Notes: generated by a model from the letters alone, not told the origin. DNA of 64,000 bases from Desulfosudaceae bacterium (GCA_963674745.2 CAXXDV010000003.1:1536001-1600000), one strand, 5' to 3'; counted from the stretch's first letter, positions 20,143-30,517 are shown. Made by a program: numbers and translations.

Positions 20143-21330
20143 TCAATAAAGATCATACCGCACCAAACGGCCATCCAGACCGCCGGCGTGCAGGGGCTTT
20201 TTCCAGGTGGCTTTCAGGCCGATAGATTTGATATAGGAGCGGTCCCCCAGGTAAATGAAGGCCAGGGAACCCCGGCATTTCTGCTTTAGAAAGTCTCCCA
20301 GTTCTTTGTAAAACACGGTCAGGTTTTGATTTTTACCCATGCGGATGCCGTAGGGCGGATTGGTGACAATGAGATGGTTTTCCAGGCCGGACAGGTCCCG
20401 AAAGTCGTTCTGGGACACGGACACCCGGTCGCCGGAGTGCATCCCCATGAGGTTGGTTCTGGCAGCGGAGACAGTTGCCCTGTCGATGTCGCTGCCTGCA
20501 ATCAGGTTTTCCGGCAGTTCGCGGATGGCCGCGTCGGCTTCCTGGCGAACCTGCTGCCAGAGCGTATTGTCGAAATCAGGCAGGGCTTCAAAGCCAAACG
20601 TTTTCCGGAAAATACCGGCCGGTACATTGGCCCGACGCATCAGGGCTTCGCACAGCAAGGTGCCGGAGCCGCACATGGGATCATACAGGGGCTGGATTCC
20701 GTCCCATTCGGTCAGATGAAGAATACCGGCGGCTACGGTTTCCTGCATGGGACCGATTACGCTTTCTTCCCGATAGCCTCGCTTGTGGAGCGGCTCTCCG
20801 GAGGTATCGATGCTGATGGTGGCCTGGTTTTTCCGCAGGTGAAGATTAATTCGTATGTCCGGTGAAATGGTGTTGACGTCCGGACGCTGCCGGCCGGTGT
20901 TTTCTCTAAAATAATCCGCAATGGCGTCTTTGACGCGTAAGGCGGCAAAATGGGAATGGGTAACATCACTGTCGGAAACGTTGGCATATACGGCGAATGT
21001 CCGGTTATTTAAAAAAAACTGTTTCCAGGCAATGGTTTTGGCCTGTTCATAGAGCGTGTCGGTCTGCTGGCAGGAAAAACTGATCAGCGGCGCCAGGATC
21101 CGGGAAATCAGGCGGGAGGAGTAGTTGATCCGGTAGAGGTCGGCCGGTTGCGCGCAAAAATGAATGCTGCGAAACAGGGGTTGAATATCGGTAGCGCCCA
21201 ACGCGGCCAGTTCTTCGGCTGCCGGTCCGGCCAGGTTTTCGGCAACCTGGGCGATATAACGCCCTTCTTCCTGGTAAATATATGTAGGCGTTTTCTGGCT
21301 GGGGTCTCGTTTTTTCAGTCGTGTTTTCAT
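20143..21330 (-). CDS. THUMP-domain RNA methyltransferase (RlmL-like)
   Basis: KDAIAD; DTSGEPLHKRGYR; DPMCGSGT; TNPPYG. Confidence 0.9.
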   Translation of the reverse strand: MKTRLKKRDPSQKTPTYIYQEEGRYIAQVAENLAGPAAEELAALGATDIQPLFRSIHFCAQPADLYRINYSSRLISRILAPLISFSCQQTDTLYEQAKTIAWKQFFLNNRTFAVYANVSDSDVTHSHFAALRVKDAIADYFRENTGRQRPDVNTISPDIRINLHLRKNQATISIDTSGEPLHKRGYREESVIGPMQETVAAGILHLTEWDGIQPLYDPMCGSGTLLCEALMRRANVPAGIFRKTFGFEALPDFDNTLWQQVRQEADAAIRELPENLIAGSDIDRATVSAARTNLMGMHSGDRVSVSQNDFRDLSGLENHLIVTNPPYGIRMGKNQNLTVFYKELGDFLKQKCRGSLAFIYLGDRSYIKSIGLKATWKKPLHAGGLDGRLVRYDLY

Positions 21331-21513
21331 TAATTTTTTCCGGTTTTGGCAGTACCGTGCCACCGAGGCGGTTGTCCGGTTTCTCTGCCGGTCAGGCAGG
21401 ACAAGTTTATACGAATGGGTATTTTTATGGCAAAGCCGAATAATAGCAAGGAAAATATGGCCGATCAGGGTGAAAAGGGATTCCCCATCACGTTTCCCAA
21501 TCAGGACAAAGTA

Positions 21514-21582
21514 GGGACGTCTATGATTTTATGCGTTTCTTACGTACTGCGTGGAGAAACGCATAAAATCATAGGCGTCCCC
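21514..21582. repeat. REP family A doublet
   Basis: gtagggacgtctatgattttatgcgtttc...gaaacgcataaaatcataggcgtcccc. Confidence 0.85.
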
Positions 21583-21586
21583 TTTA

Positions 21587-23758
21587 TCACCCTGCGCCGG
21601 TAATATCTACCGGTATACCACCCAGAGCAGAGCTGCCTGAAAGCTGGTCATAGAATTCATCATCAACGATGTCATTCATGTTGGCACCGGCATGTTGATT
21701 GGCGATGGAAAGTTTTGTCTTGGACTGATTGTGCCCCCAGCCGAATGGCAGGCTGACGACACCCGGCATAACTTCATCCGTTATTTTAATCTGAACCGTG
21801 ATGCTGCCGACTCTTGATGTAACAACGACGCGTTGATCCGGTGATAAACCCTTTTGTTTTGCATCTTCGGGATGAATCATCAAGGTACACCGATGGGGGC
21901 CGCCAACAAGGGTTGGGCTGTTGTGCATCCAGGTATTCATACTGCGCAATGTTCTCCGGGAAATTAAAAGCAATTTCCCATTGCCATTGGCAGGTGTCTG
22001 TTTCAGTTTAAGGGATAACCTTTCGAGATCTTTAATCACCGGGTCAGAAAAGAGATTAATGCGTTTGTTTTTTGTATTGAGAATGCGTTTTAATCTCGGT
22101 TGAAGCGGACCGATCAGAAGGCCGTGGGGATGGCCTGATAGTTTTTTGATGGATAGTTTTTGCGGCCCCAGTCTCAAAAGAAAATCAAGCTGGAATTTGG
22201 GTGTTACAACATTTTTGACAGCGGCCCATTTAATCCAACCCATTATTTTAGATAAATATCCGCGATGTTTATCCATATAATAGCTGATATCCACCATTAT
22301 CTCCCATAGATGTTTGGCGTTGTCTGACCTGGGAAATACAGCCGGTGAATATTGGGCAAAGTTATGAACACCGGTCATGAGCTCAATAACCGGATATCGA
22401 TCCCGTTCAAAAAACGATGTGGGTGGGAAAATAATATCTGCGAATTTGGTGGTCTCATTTATGTAGTAATCAATCGAAGCCATAAATTCCAGATTTTCAA
22501 ATGTTTTTTGCAATCGTTTTGTATTGGGCAGAGATAAAAGGGGATTTCCCCCGGCAGTGACAAACGCCTTGATCTGACCTGCGCCGGGCGTTTCCATCTC
22601 CTCTGCTAAAGCAGCCACAGGAAGTTCCCCATTGAATTCAGGCAAGCCACTCACACGACTCTGATACTGATTGAATGTGCCGGGTAATCGAAACAGATTG
22701 GCAAGGCCCGGCAAATCCACGGCCGGCGTGTTAAACATGGCGCCACCAGGCCTGTCCATGTTACCGGTGATGATGTTTAAAATATCGATCAGACATGTGC
22801 TTAACGTCCCGAATTCCTGGGTGGACACGCCCAATCGGCCATAGCAGACAGCATGTTTGGCAGTTCCAAATTCCCTGGCAATATTCCGGATCTCTTCTGG
22901 TGCGATCCCCACAACAGGTGATACGGCTTCCGGAGAATAACCGGCTGCGTACTGTTTTAACTCTTCAATGCCATCCAATAAAGAACCAGGACGACTTGTG
23001 TCTATTTGTTTATCTTTGAATAATGTATCGATCATTGCAAACAACAACAGCGCATCCGTACCTGGTTTAATGAAGTAGTGCGCATCTGCTGCTGCAGCGG
23101 TTTCGGTACGTCTCGGATCAATGACAATAATTTTACCCCCCCTTTTTTGTATTTCTTTGAATCTTTTTTTGGTGTCCGGCGCTGTCATTAAACTGCCGTT
23201 TGAAACCAGGGGGTTGGCACCCATGATGAGAAAAAGGTCGGTTCTCTCTATATCCGGTGTGGGCAGGATGGCTTGATTATTATACAAGAGCAGTGATGCT
23301 GCCAATCGTGCCAGAGAATCGACTGAAATGGCTGAATAGCGATTGCGTGTTTTAAATCCATTTACAAACGTCAAAAGAGGGAGTACGGAATCATAATTGT
23401 GCTCCATGGCATTTCCGACATAAACGCCAACTGAATCGTTCCCATGGGTTTTTTGTACCTGTCGAATTTTTTGCCCCATGTACTCGTAGGCATCCTTCCA
23501 GGAGATTTCTTCCCATTTGTCTCCTTTTCTAATCACTGGATGTCGCAGGCGATCCGGATCATTATGGATGTCCTTTAAAGCAACCGCTTTGGGACAGATA
23601 AATCCTCGACTATGAGGGTTGTCTTTATCACCTCGTATGGATACAATATCCCCGTCTTTGTGTTGGATTTCAATGCCACACGCAGCACCACAGAGACAGC
23701 AAATCGAGTAATGTTTTTTTATCACACCAATTGACCTTTCCCGGGCATTAAGACGCAT
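21587..23758 (-). CDS. Molybdopterin (Mo/W-bisPGD) oxidoreductase, uncharacterised clade
   Basis: CCLCGAACG...CPK 4Fe-4S motif; GANPLVSNGSL; IDPRRTETA; C-terminal PGVVSLPFGWGH; no Tat leader. Confidence 0.9.
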   Translation of the reverse strand: MRLNARERSIGVIKKHYSICCLCGAACGIEIQHKDGDIVSIRGDKDNPHSRGFICPKAVALKDIHNDPDRLRHPVIRKGDKWEEISWKDAYEYMGQKIRQVQKTHGNDSVGVYVGNAMEHNYDSVLPLLTFVNGFKTRNRYSAISVDSLARLAASLLLYNNQAILPTPDIERTDLFLIMGANPLVSNGSLMTAPDTKKRFKEIQKRGGKIIVIDPRRTETAAAADAHYFIKPGTDALLLFAMIDTLFKDKQIDTSRPGSLLDGIEELKQYAAGYSPEAVSPVVGIAPEEIRNIAREFGTAKHAVCYGRLGVSTQEFGTLSTCLIDILNIITGNMDRPGGAMFNTPAVDLPGLANLFRLPGTFNQYQSRVSGLPEFNGELPVAALAEEMETPGAGQIKAFVTAGGNPLLSLPNTKRLQKTFENLEFMASIDYYINETTKFADIIFPPTSFFERDRYPVIELMTGVHNFAQYSPAVFPRSDNAKHLWEIMVDISYYMDKHRGYLSKIMGWIKWAAVKNVVTPKFQLDFLLRLGPQKLSIKKLSGHPHGLLIGPLQPRLKRILNTKNKRINLFSDPVIKDLERLSLKLKQTPANGNGKLLLISRRTLRSMNTWMHNSPTLVGGPHRCTLMIHPEDAKQKGLSPDQRVVVTSRVGSITVQIKITDEVMPGVVSLPFGWGHNQSKTKLSIANQHAGANMNDIVDDEFYDQLSGSSALGGIPVDITGAG

Positions 23759-23805
23759 ACTTATTTAAGCTCTTTTGTTGTTGCAATTTCTTAAAACGCT
23801 TTTTA

Positions 23806-23841
23806 GTTAGTCAACTAACCAAAAACCCCGGATTTTGTCAA
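23806..23841 (-). promoter_or_regulatory. Promoter with the same GTTAGTCAACTAAC operator
   Basis: Minus-strand TTGACA at 23841-23836; operator 23806-23819 overlaps the -10. Confidence 0.6.
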
Positions 23842-24157
23842 CTGTTTTTTGCGTTTTTGATATTCAGGACCATGTTTCTTCTCCTCGTCATTCCCCGTCT
23901 TGATCGGGGAATCCAGACCGCCCTCGTCATCCTGGACAAGCCTGTCCCGGACTTGATCCGGAAATCCGGAATCCAGTAAATAAATGATGTCATCCTGTGG
24001 CTTGACCAGAGGAGCCATACCTCCTCAAAAAATTCGCTTGTAATTATCAACGAAAATGGCTAAACAACATTAGGGGCGACAAATGATTAGCCTCGGAATT
24101 TGAATTTTCGAGGGAAAATCATGAAAAACGAATAATCCATATCGTTAAATCAAACAA

Positions 24158-24664
24158 ATGAAACTGCGACTCCAAACATTCTCATACCGCTTTGCCGAGC
24201 AAGTACTCAACAGTCGCCTGACAATCAAGCAAGAAATTGAATCTACGCTTAATCACCCTTCCATTAACATTCCGGATCTGACCCGCCCGAAGTTCAACGA
24301 GTTATTGGATAAGTTATTTCAGGAACAAGGTTGGGAAAGCCAGCCTGCAGTCTTTGACGAGCCTCGAGATCCAACTGCAAAAATGGATTTTCTAAAAGAT
24401 CCAGTAGGCGTTGAGGTCGAGTTCGGTCATTCGTCGTTTATCGGAATTGATCTTCTAAAATTTCAGGTTGCATCCTACTCCGGCCTAAACAAAATTGATT
24501 TAGGTGTCTACATCGTTACAACTAGATCGTTTCAAAAACGAATGAAAGACGAGGTCGGCCTTAAATGGGAAGGCAGCTTAACTTTTGAGAAGGTGACAAG
24601 ATATTTACAACATTTTAAAAGTGCGATTCAGGTTCCAATCTTTGTGATTGGAATCGATATGTAA
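24158..24664 (+). CDS. BglII/BstYI-like type II restriction endonuclease fold protein
   Basis: F.EQGW; MDFLKDPVGVEVEFGH; DLLKF; IDLGVYI; SLTFEK; PIFVIGI. Confidence 0.7.
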   Translation: MKLRLQTFSYRFAEQVLNSRLTIKQEIESTLNHPSINIPDLTRPKFNELLDKLFQEQGWESQPAVFDEPRDPTAKMDFLKDPVGVEVEFGHSSFIGIDLLKFQVASYSGLNKIDLGVYIVTTRSFQKRMKDEVGLKWEGSLTFEKVTRYLQHFKSAIQVPIFVIGIDM

Positions 24665-24748
24665 TCGTCCAAAATAACTTTAGGGTACAGCATTGTTATA
24701 TATCTGAAATAGCATACTGCCCCCAGAATTGTATGATAGCCACTAAAA

Positions 24749-27700
24749 ATGAGTAAAAATCGAAAGAAAAAAACCTCCAAAAAGAAGCATCCGAAAATGC
24801 CAGCCGGCTTTCGGCAGAGACTTTACAACAGCAAGGAGTTTAATCCTAAAAAAGTATTTCAAGATCTACAGGCTTATCGAGACTTTAATGAAATGCAAGC
24901 GGTCGCGAATTATGTGGCCAATCCGAACAACCCATTCCATCGTTTCATGTTTGGTATTACGTTTGCCAGGGCATATAATGAATTATGCACTTACCGTTCT
25001 TTCGTTTTGACTGACTCCTTGCAGAAAGAACTAGATTGGATGTCACTATCGCTAGTCCGTTATGCTAAGGAGATATCCCAATTTGTTAAACAAGCAAATG
25101 CCTTTCAAAAAACATTTCTTTTAGGTTCTTACCAACAGGCAAGTGAAATACTTGAAACCATTATCTCTGAATTTGGATTTTCTCTGTGGAGTTTAGAGAA
25201 AACCTTTCTGCTAGCAGAATATGCTCATGGTTTGGAAAGAAACAAAAAAGAGTTGACCAACATCATTGGAGACGAAAAAAACGATGAACTTCTGAAGTTT
25301 ATTGCCGAATACATAAGCCTAAGATGTGAGTCTAAAATGTCAGATGAAAACTATCGAATAAGGTTAAGCCGTGGGATAGATTTTGATGACGATTTTTTTG
25401 TACTTGTTAATTATTTGCGCTACCGACTTGAACAAATTGGCATGGACTTAACCTCTGTCGCAACTCACATCACCTACTTCGAAGGTAGCACGCCCATTAT
25501 TGATCGATATTTAACTTTCATTACTATTCTTCAGTCATGTGCAATAGCTGATCAAGAATATAGTGAAATCGCAAAAAATGTTGTAGTGAGACTTGATGGC
25601 TTGATTGAAGATTTACGTATTGATTCTTTGCTTCAGTTATTCATTCCTGATCGTGAATTTGAATGTAACACATTAGCTGTCAATATGATAGAGGTATTGG
25701 ATAACTACACTAATGGATATTACGAAATTAGTGCAGAGATGGCATCCCAGATTCTTACAGACAATCCAGAAAGTTATGAATTCTATTATATTTATATTCG
25801 TTCTCTCGCCCACATAGGCAAAGCTTTCAATCAATTTTTCCCCGAAGATTCGGTAGCGGCTTCAATTCTTGAACATAGCAATGTAATAATAAGAGGTAAA
25901 AGGTTGTATAACAGGAGTTTCAATTATCTTTCTAAACTATCTACGTCTTTGTGGAGAGACCCGTTGGCATATGGGCTTTTTGATTTTTATGTAGAAGAAG
26001 CGTTGCCCTCTCAAGAAAAAAGAATCCATAAACTAATGTTGCTAAATGCACATTTTCTTAATCCTCGTTTTGCGATAATTTATGAAGATAAAAACAATGC
26101 TGATAAGTTCTTAAACCAGTTATCAAGTCAGGTTGGAGAGGGCAGTACGTTATCACTAATGAGAGCCATAACAGCATCATCCCATAAATTCGATGATGTT
26201 CAGTTACCTGAAGAAATTCCAGAAGCACGAAGACAGATTTACCTTGCGGAAATTTATGAAAAAAAAGGACGGTTCCAAAGTGCTATTTCTGTCCTTCAAC
26301 CACTTCTTATAGATATAATGGAAGATAAATTACCAGGAGGCTTTTATTCATGCGAACGAGTTGCGGGGGCCCTTTTCCGATGTTATCTAGAAAGAAAACA
26401 ATTGGCTGAATGCACTGATATGGTCGTGAGTTCCTTCCTCCAAAATGACCTTTTGACAAAAAAGCTTCCACTTATCCAACTAGTAAAGTCAATTGACGAA
26501 ACAGGTCCAATTGATGTAATGAGGAAGATCTCATACCCAATTTTATATTCAATTGTCCACACTAAACCCCGTGAAGTTTATGTAGCTTATGATAATTTTC
26601 TTAATAGCATGGGTTTAAGTCGTCCAACGCAACTTTTTGATATGGCTGATGAGTTTAGCCCAAGTGATCTGCAGGAATTTTTGTTAAAAGTCTGCACCAT
26701 TGATGTTCTTTCGTGCTCATATCACTTTAATGGAACTAAGGATTTGGAAACGGAGAGGATTCGAATTTGTCAGTTTCTATCTGAGAAAGATCAAACAAGA
26801 TTGAAAATTTATTCAGACGAGATTAGCTCTATTACCTCTCGTTCCTTGATTAGAGAAGGTATGAGACAGATTGAAGTCAGTAAGATACATGTCGACGAAA
26901 AGGGAATCAGGACGACAGGGCGGAAACTTCTAGAAGAGAGTTTTGCGAGATATCGTGAGTTGGCTTCAATGAGCAGTATTAAAAATATGAGGGTTTTGAA
27001 TCAGGAATCTCTTTATCTCTACATAATAACTCGTGATGGTAAGGTAATAAAAGCGCCGATCTCAACAACGGAACTGAAAGATCCCGTTTTCGAGAAACAG
27101 ATCGTTCATAATGCACTGTTCATAAATTTTAGAGAATTGTTCATGGATGTGAGGGATCGATTTATCTCCAGTGGTGAGCATGGGCTTGATGGCTATTTGA
27201 GTGTAAGAATTAGACATGGTGTTTTGCAAAATCAGATACGCAGTACCTTTGAGGCGTTGCACTTAATTTCCGAAAAGGATACTACTACCGAAGAATATCT
27301 TATAAATCCGTATTGGGATACACGACTCGAAGATGTCTCTGTTGAAAACCGGGCAGCAATCCAAGAACAGCTCGCAAATTTCTCTCGTGATGTTGATGCA
27401 CTAGCACAAAGATTAAACAAAGAATTGATTCAAGTTAAAACAGAAAAAAAAAATACCGATGGCCTTTTCGATTATTCATTTAGTACAATAGAACTTTACC
27501 AGATATTCGTAGATGAGTTCCTTCAAATTACAGATTTTGATCAATTTATGGATTGTTTATTTGGAGTATTGTGGACACGTCTAAAGATAAACTTAGAAAA
27601 TATTCAAAACTATATTTCGGTGGAATTGAAGAATACTATCTATGAAAGTATAAGCCAGCTCGAACGTGAAATTCGAAAAATCGTTTCTCAATTCCAGGCC

Positions 27701-28303
27701 GCTGAACTTCTACAAAATATAGCTCGTTGCCAAACAAATCTTCAATACTCAATGGACAGCGTAGCGCAGTGGTTTACAATCTCAGGATCCAGCATTGTCC
27801 CTCAATTTACCCTCGAAAATTTAGTATCTATTTGCATTGAAAGCATCAATAATATTTACCCTCATAAAAAAATTTATCCAGAGAACTATTTTAGCAGTGA
27901 AGAAGTGATTATTGACGGTAAATTTTTTGCCCCGTTCTTTGATATATTACGGACTATTATGGATAATGCTATAACTCATTCAGGGTTACCCCCAGAGAAA
28001 ATTAAGGCCCAAATTATTGTGCAAGTTATTGATAACCGTCTTACAATGCAAATTAAAAATAGTTTGGAGAAGCAAGTGCGTGAATCTGACCCTATTGCTA
28101 ACCTAAAAACAACTCATTCGCTTATTGAAACGGCAGAAGTTACTGGTGGCATAGCCAAAGAGGGAAGATCTGGTTTAATGAAAGTAAGAAAGCTCATGGC
28201 TATTGATTTACAACGTAAGGATTCATCGTTAGATTTTTTTTATGATAATGAAGAGAATTTCGTAGTTAAGCTTAGCATGGAAATAGAGGAGCTGTGTATA
28301 TGA
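24749..28303 (+). CDS. dtcA: Detocs DtcA-like sensor (helical/TPR-like N-terminus, His-kinase-like C-terminus)
   Basis: 1184 aa; LSVRIRHG putative H-box; IMDNAITHSG N-box; KEGRSGL G-box; ATGA-coupled to a REC gene. Confidence 0.75.
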   Translation: MSKNRKKKTSKKKHPKMPAGFRQRLYNSKEFNPKKVFQDLQAYRDFNEMQAVANYVANPNNPFHRFMFGITFARAYNELCTYRSFVLTDSLQKELDWMSLSLVRYAKEISQFVKQANAFQKTFLLGSYQQASEILETIISEFGFSLWSLEKTFLLAEYAHGLERNKKELTNIIGDEKNDELLKFIAEYISLRCESKMSDENYRIRLSRGIDFDDDFFVLVNYLRYRLEQIGMDLTSVATHITYFEGSTPIIDRYLTFITILQSCAIADQEYSEIAKNVVVRLDGLIEDLRIDSLLQLFIPDREFECNTLAVNMIEVLDNYTNGYYEISAEMASQILTDNPESYEFYYIYIRSLAHIGKAFNQFFPEDSVAASILEHSNVIIRGKRLYNRSFNYLSKLSTSLWRDPLAYGLFDFYVEEALPSQEKRIHKLMLLNAHFLNPRFAIIYEDKNNADKFLNQLSSQVGEGSTLSLMRAITASSHKFDDVQLPEEIPEARRQIYLAEIYEKKGRFQSAISVLQPLLIDIMEDKLPGGFYSCERVAGALFRCYLERKQLAECTDMVVSSFLQNDLLTKKLPLIQLVKSIDETGPIDVMRKISYPILYSIVHTKPREVYVAYDNFLNSMGLSRPTQLFDMADEFSPSDLQEFLLKVCTIDVLSCSYHFNGTKDLETERIRICQFLSEKDQTRLKIYSDEISSITSRSLIREGMRQIEVSKIHVDEKGIRTTGRKLLEESFARYRELASMSSIKNMRVLNQESLYLYIITRDGKVIKAPISTTELKDPVFEKQIVHNALFINFRELFMDVRDRFISSGEHGLDGYLSVRIRHGVLQNQIRSTFEALHLISEKDTTTEEYLINPYWDTRLEDVSVENRAAIQEQLANFSRDVDALAQRLNKELIQVKTEKKNTDGLFDYSFSTIELYQIFVDEFLQITDFDQFMDCLFGVLWTRLKINLENIQNYISVELKNTIYESISQLEREIRKIVSQFQAAELLQNIARCQTNLQYSMDSVAQWFTISGSSIVPQFTLENLVSICIESINNIYPHKKIYPENYFSSEEVIIDGKFFAPFFDILRTIMDNAITHSGLPPEKIKAQIIVQVIDNRLTMQIKNSLEKQVRESDPIANLKTTHSLIETAEVTGGIAKEGRSGLMKVRKLMAIDLQRKDSSLDFFYDNEENFVVKLSMEIEELCI

Positions 28304-28752
28304 AAATATTAATCATTGAAGACGATAGTAATAAGATGCAACGTATTTCAAATGAAATTCGTGAAATTAAAACTGATGCACTAATAACTGAAGCGCGTTC
28401 ATATCAAAGTGGTATGCAACTCCTCATGTCTGTAAAATTCGACTTCTTGCTGTTGGATATGAGCCTTCCAATATTTGATATTTCTCCCGAAGAAGATGGT
28501 TTCCGTGTAGATCCATTTTCTGGCCGTAATATTCTTGGCGAGATGTTTAGAAAAGATGTAATTGTTCCCACAGTGGTTATTACAATGTTTGAGACTTTCG
28601 GAGATGGCAGTGATTTGATGACGCTTGATGAACTTGATAAGGAGCTTTCAGAGAATTACTCCTCTATTTACAAGGGAGTAATTTATTACAACTCATCCGA
28701 GATCAATTGGAAAGAATCATTAAAAACCTTTATGGAGAAAATGAATGATTAA
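28300..28752 (+). CDS. dtcB: Stand-alone receiver domain (Detocs DtcB-like)
   Basis: MKILIIEDD; LLLDMSLP; VVITMF. Confidence 0.75.
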   Translation: MKILIIEDDSNKMQRISNEIREIKTDALITEARSYQSGMQLLMSVKFDFLLLDMSLPIFDISPEEDGFRVDPFSGRNILGEMFRKDVIVPTVVITMFETFGDGSDLMTLDELDKELSENYSSIYKGVIYYNSSEINWKESLKTFMEKMND

Positions 28753-29971
28753 AATACTCGTTCTTGACGATAACAAAGATAAATCAGACAAGATTCTTAA
28801 GGTTATTGGAAATATACCTGATATTCCGCTTAGTGATGTCTTATGTGTACAAGATCTCATTCAAGCAAGGGATGCCTGTCGCCAGAATCTTTACGACTTG
28901 TTAATTCTTGACCTGCAGCTACCTAATAGAATTGGAGATACTCCCCAAGACATGGCAGGATGTGAATTTATCAAAGAGCTTAACACTAGCACAACACTAC
29001 TTCGCCCTTTTCACATAATTGGACTCACTGCCTATGATGATATTCTTGAAAAGGCAGATTCTTTTTTTGAAGACGAGCTTTGGCGAGTTATTAAATACGA
29101 TACTCGCACAAATAACTGGCATCGTCAGCTTATATCAAAACTTCAATATTTAATAACATCCAAAAAGGCATTACTTAAGGCAGATTCTACGAGACATATA
29201 TACGACCTTGGTATTGTGACAGCGCTACATGTGCCTGAGTTCCAGAGTATCCTCGATCTACCTGCGGAATGGGAAGTAATCAAACAACCTAATGATCCAA
29301 CTATATATCAAAGGGGTTGGTTTCGTAGTAACAGTAAGCAATTGTCTGTCATCTCGGCTTGTGCGCAACAAATGGGTATGTCTGCCGCAGCTGTTCTCAC
29401 GTCAAAACTCATAACGCAATTTCGTCCACGATTCCTTGCTATAAGTGGTATTGCGGCTGCCGTGAAGGGTGGTGATGCAAAGATAGGTGATATCCTTATC
29501 GCGGATCAATCATGGGATTACGAGAGCGGTAAGCACAAAATCAAGAATGACAAACAGGTCTTTGAGCCTGACCCGAAAAGTATTCCATTGCATGTTCATG
29601 TAAAGGAGTGGTTTTTGCATCATAAAGCGAAGAATTCTTTTCTAGCGGATATACAAAACAGCTGGAGAGGCGGAAAAGAGGCGGAACGTTTACAAGTGCA
29701 CATTGGTCCGATTGCTTCTGGTTCTGCCGTTGTGCAAGATGAACGCATAATAGATCACATCAAAGCACAAAGTCGAAAATTGGTGGGGCTTGACATGGAA
29801 ACCTACGGAGTTTTCTTCGCTGCAGAAAATAACTCACTACCCTGCCCAACAGTTATGTCAATTAAGTCTGCATGTGACTATGCCGATAATGATAAATCAG
29901 ATGAGCATCAAGCCTATGCTGCTTTTACAAGCGCACAGTATTTGTATCATTTCGCTCTGGAGTGCTTATAA
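28745..29971 (+). CDS. dtcC: REC + PNP/nucleosidase effector (Detocs DtcC-like)
   Basis: ILVLDD...LILDLQLP; IVTAL; QMGMSAA; SGIAA; GPIASGSAVV; GLDMETYG; KSACDYAD. Confidence 0.8.
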   Translation: MIKILVLDDNKDKSDKILKVIGNIPDIPLSDVLCVQDLIQARDACRQNLYDLLILDLQLPNRIGDTPQDMAGCEFIKELNTSTTLLRPFHIIGLTAYDDILEKADSFFEDELWRVIKYDTRTNNWHRQLISKLQYLITSKKALLKADSTRHIYDLGIVTALHVPEFQSILDLPAEWEVIKQPNDPTIYQRGWFRSNSKQLSVISACAQQMGMSAAAVLTSKLITQFRPRFLAISGIAAAVKGGDAKIGDILIADQSWDYESGKHKIKNDKQVFEPDPKSIPLHVHVKEWFLHHKAKNSFLADIQNSWRGGKEAERLQVHIGPIASGSAVVQDERIIDHIKAQSRKLVGLDMETYGVFFAAENNSLPCPTVMSIKSACDYADNDKSDEHQAYAAFTSAQYLYHFALECL

Positions 29972-30003
29972 GTCAAAAACAAAACTCAGTTGAAAAGCGT
30001 CAG

Positions 30004-30210
30004 CCGGAATTCGTGATGTGTGTTTCGTTCATGTCTTTGTAAAAAGAATACCTTTAAGTCCAGGCAGGTCAGGCTGCATGGCGACGATATATTCTTTTCG
30101 GTCTTTTGTCAGGCGCTTGATTGCCGCCTCGATTTTGTAGGCATCACTTTTTGAATCCGCCGCAATGGTATAAACCAGTTCCAGTGATCTGGATGCTCTC
30201 GTGTATTTGG
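30004..30210 (-). pseudogene. Duplicated 3' part of the GIY-YIG gene (direct repeat of 34742-34950)
   Basis: Near-identical sequence encoding KYTRASRSLELVY...GILFTKT; breaks exactly at the REP-B at 30211. Confidence 0.85.
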
Positions 30211-30411
30211 GTGGAATTCTGGTGCCAGTATACCTATTTATCTTACATATGAAAAAGATGATATCCGCGGGCATACCCGCACCGGACGCCCATTGGGCAG
30301 CCGCGTTTTTGTGATACAATTGGAAGATACGCTGGGCAGGCGGTTGCGGCCCAGGAAACCGGGAAGAAAACCCAAACCGGCTAACAATTAGTATACTGGC
30401 ACCGGAATTCC
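30211..30411 (+). mobile_element. Miniature RAYT-derived element: inverted REP-B pair enclosing a RAYT C-terminal remnant
   Basis: gtggaattctggtgccagtatac...gtatactggcaccggaattcc; 30242-30391 encodes EKDDIRGHTRTGRPLGSRVFVIQLEDTLGRRLRPRKPGRKPK. Confidence 0.7.
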
Positions 30412-30422
30412 TATATTATTTC

Positions 30423-30517
30423 TGGTATTACCAATAATGGGGTTAAATAATATATTTTAGCTTTTTAGTTAATTTTACGTTGACTTTTACCTTATATTCG
30501 CTATTCTGGTATTACCA
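30423..30517 (+). promoter_or_regulatory. Two FadR/GntR-type operators TGGTATTACCA
   Basis: Palindromes at 30423-30433 and 30507-30517 flanking TTGACT...TATTCT. Confidence 0.7.

Noticed and set aside
24749..29971. Kinase-REC-REC/PNP operon as a novel system
   Set aside because: Architecture matches the already described Detocs system
30029..30319. 96-aa ORF as a second intact GIY-YIG gene
   Set aside because: The N-terminus comes from REP and antisense RAYT remnant sequence and lacks the GIY/YIG motifs
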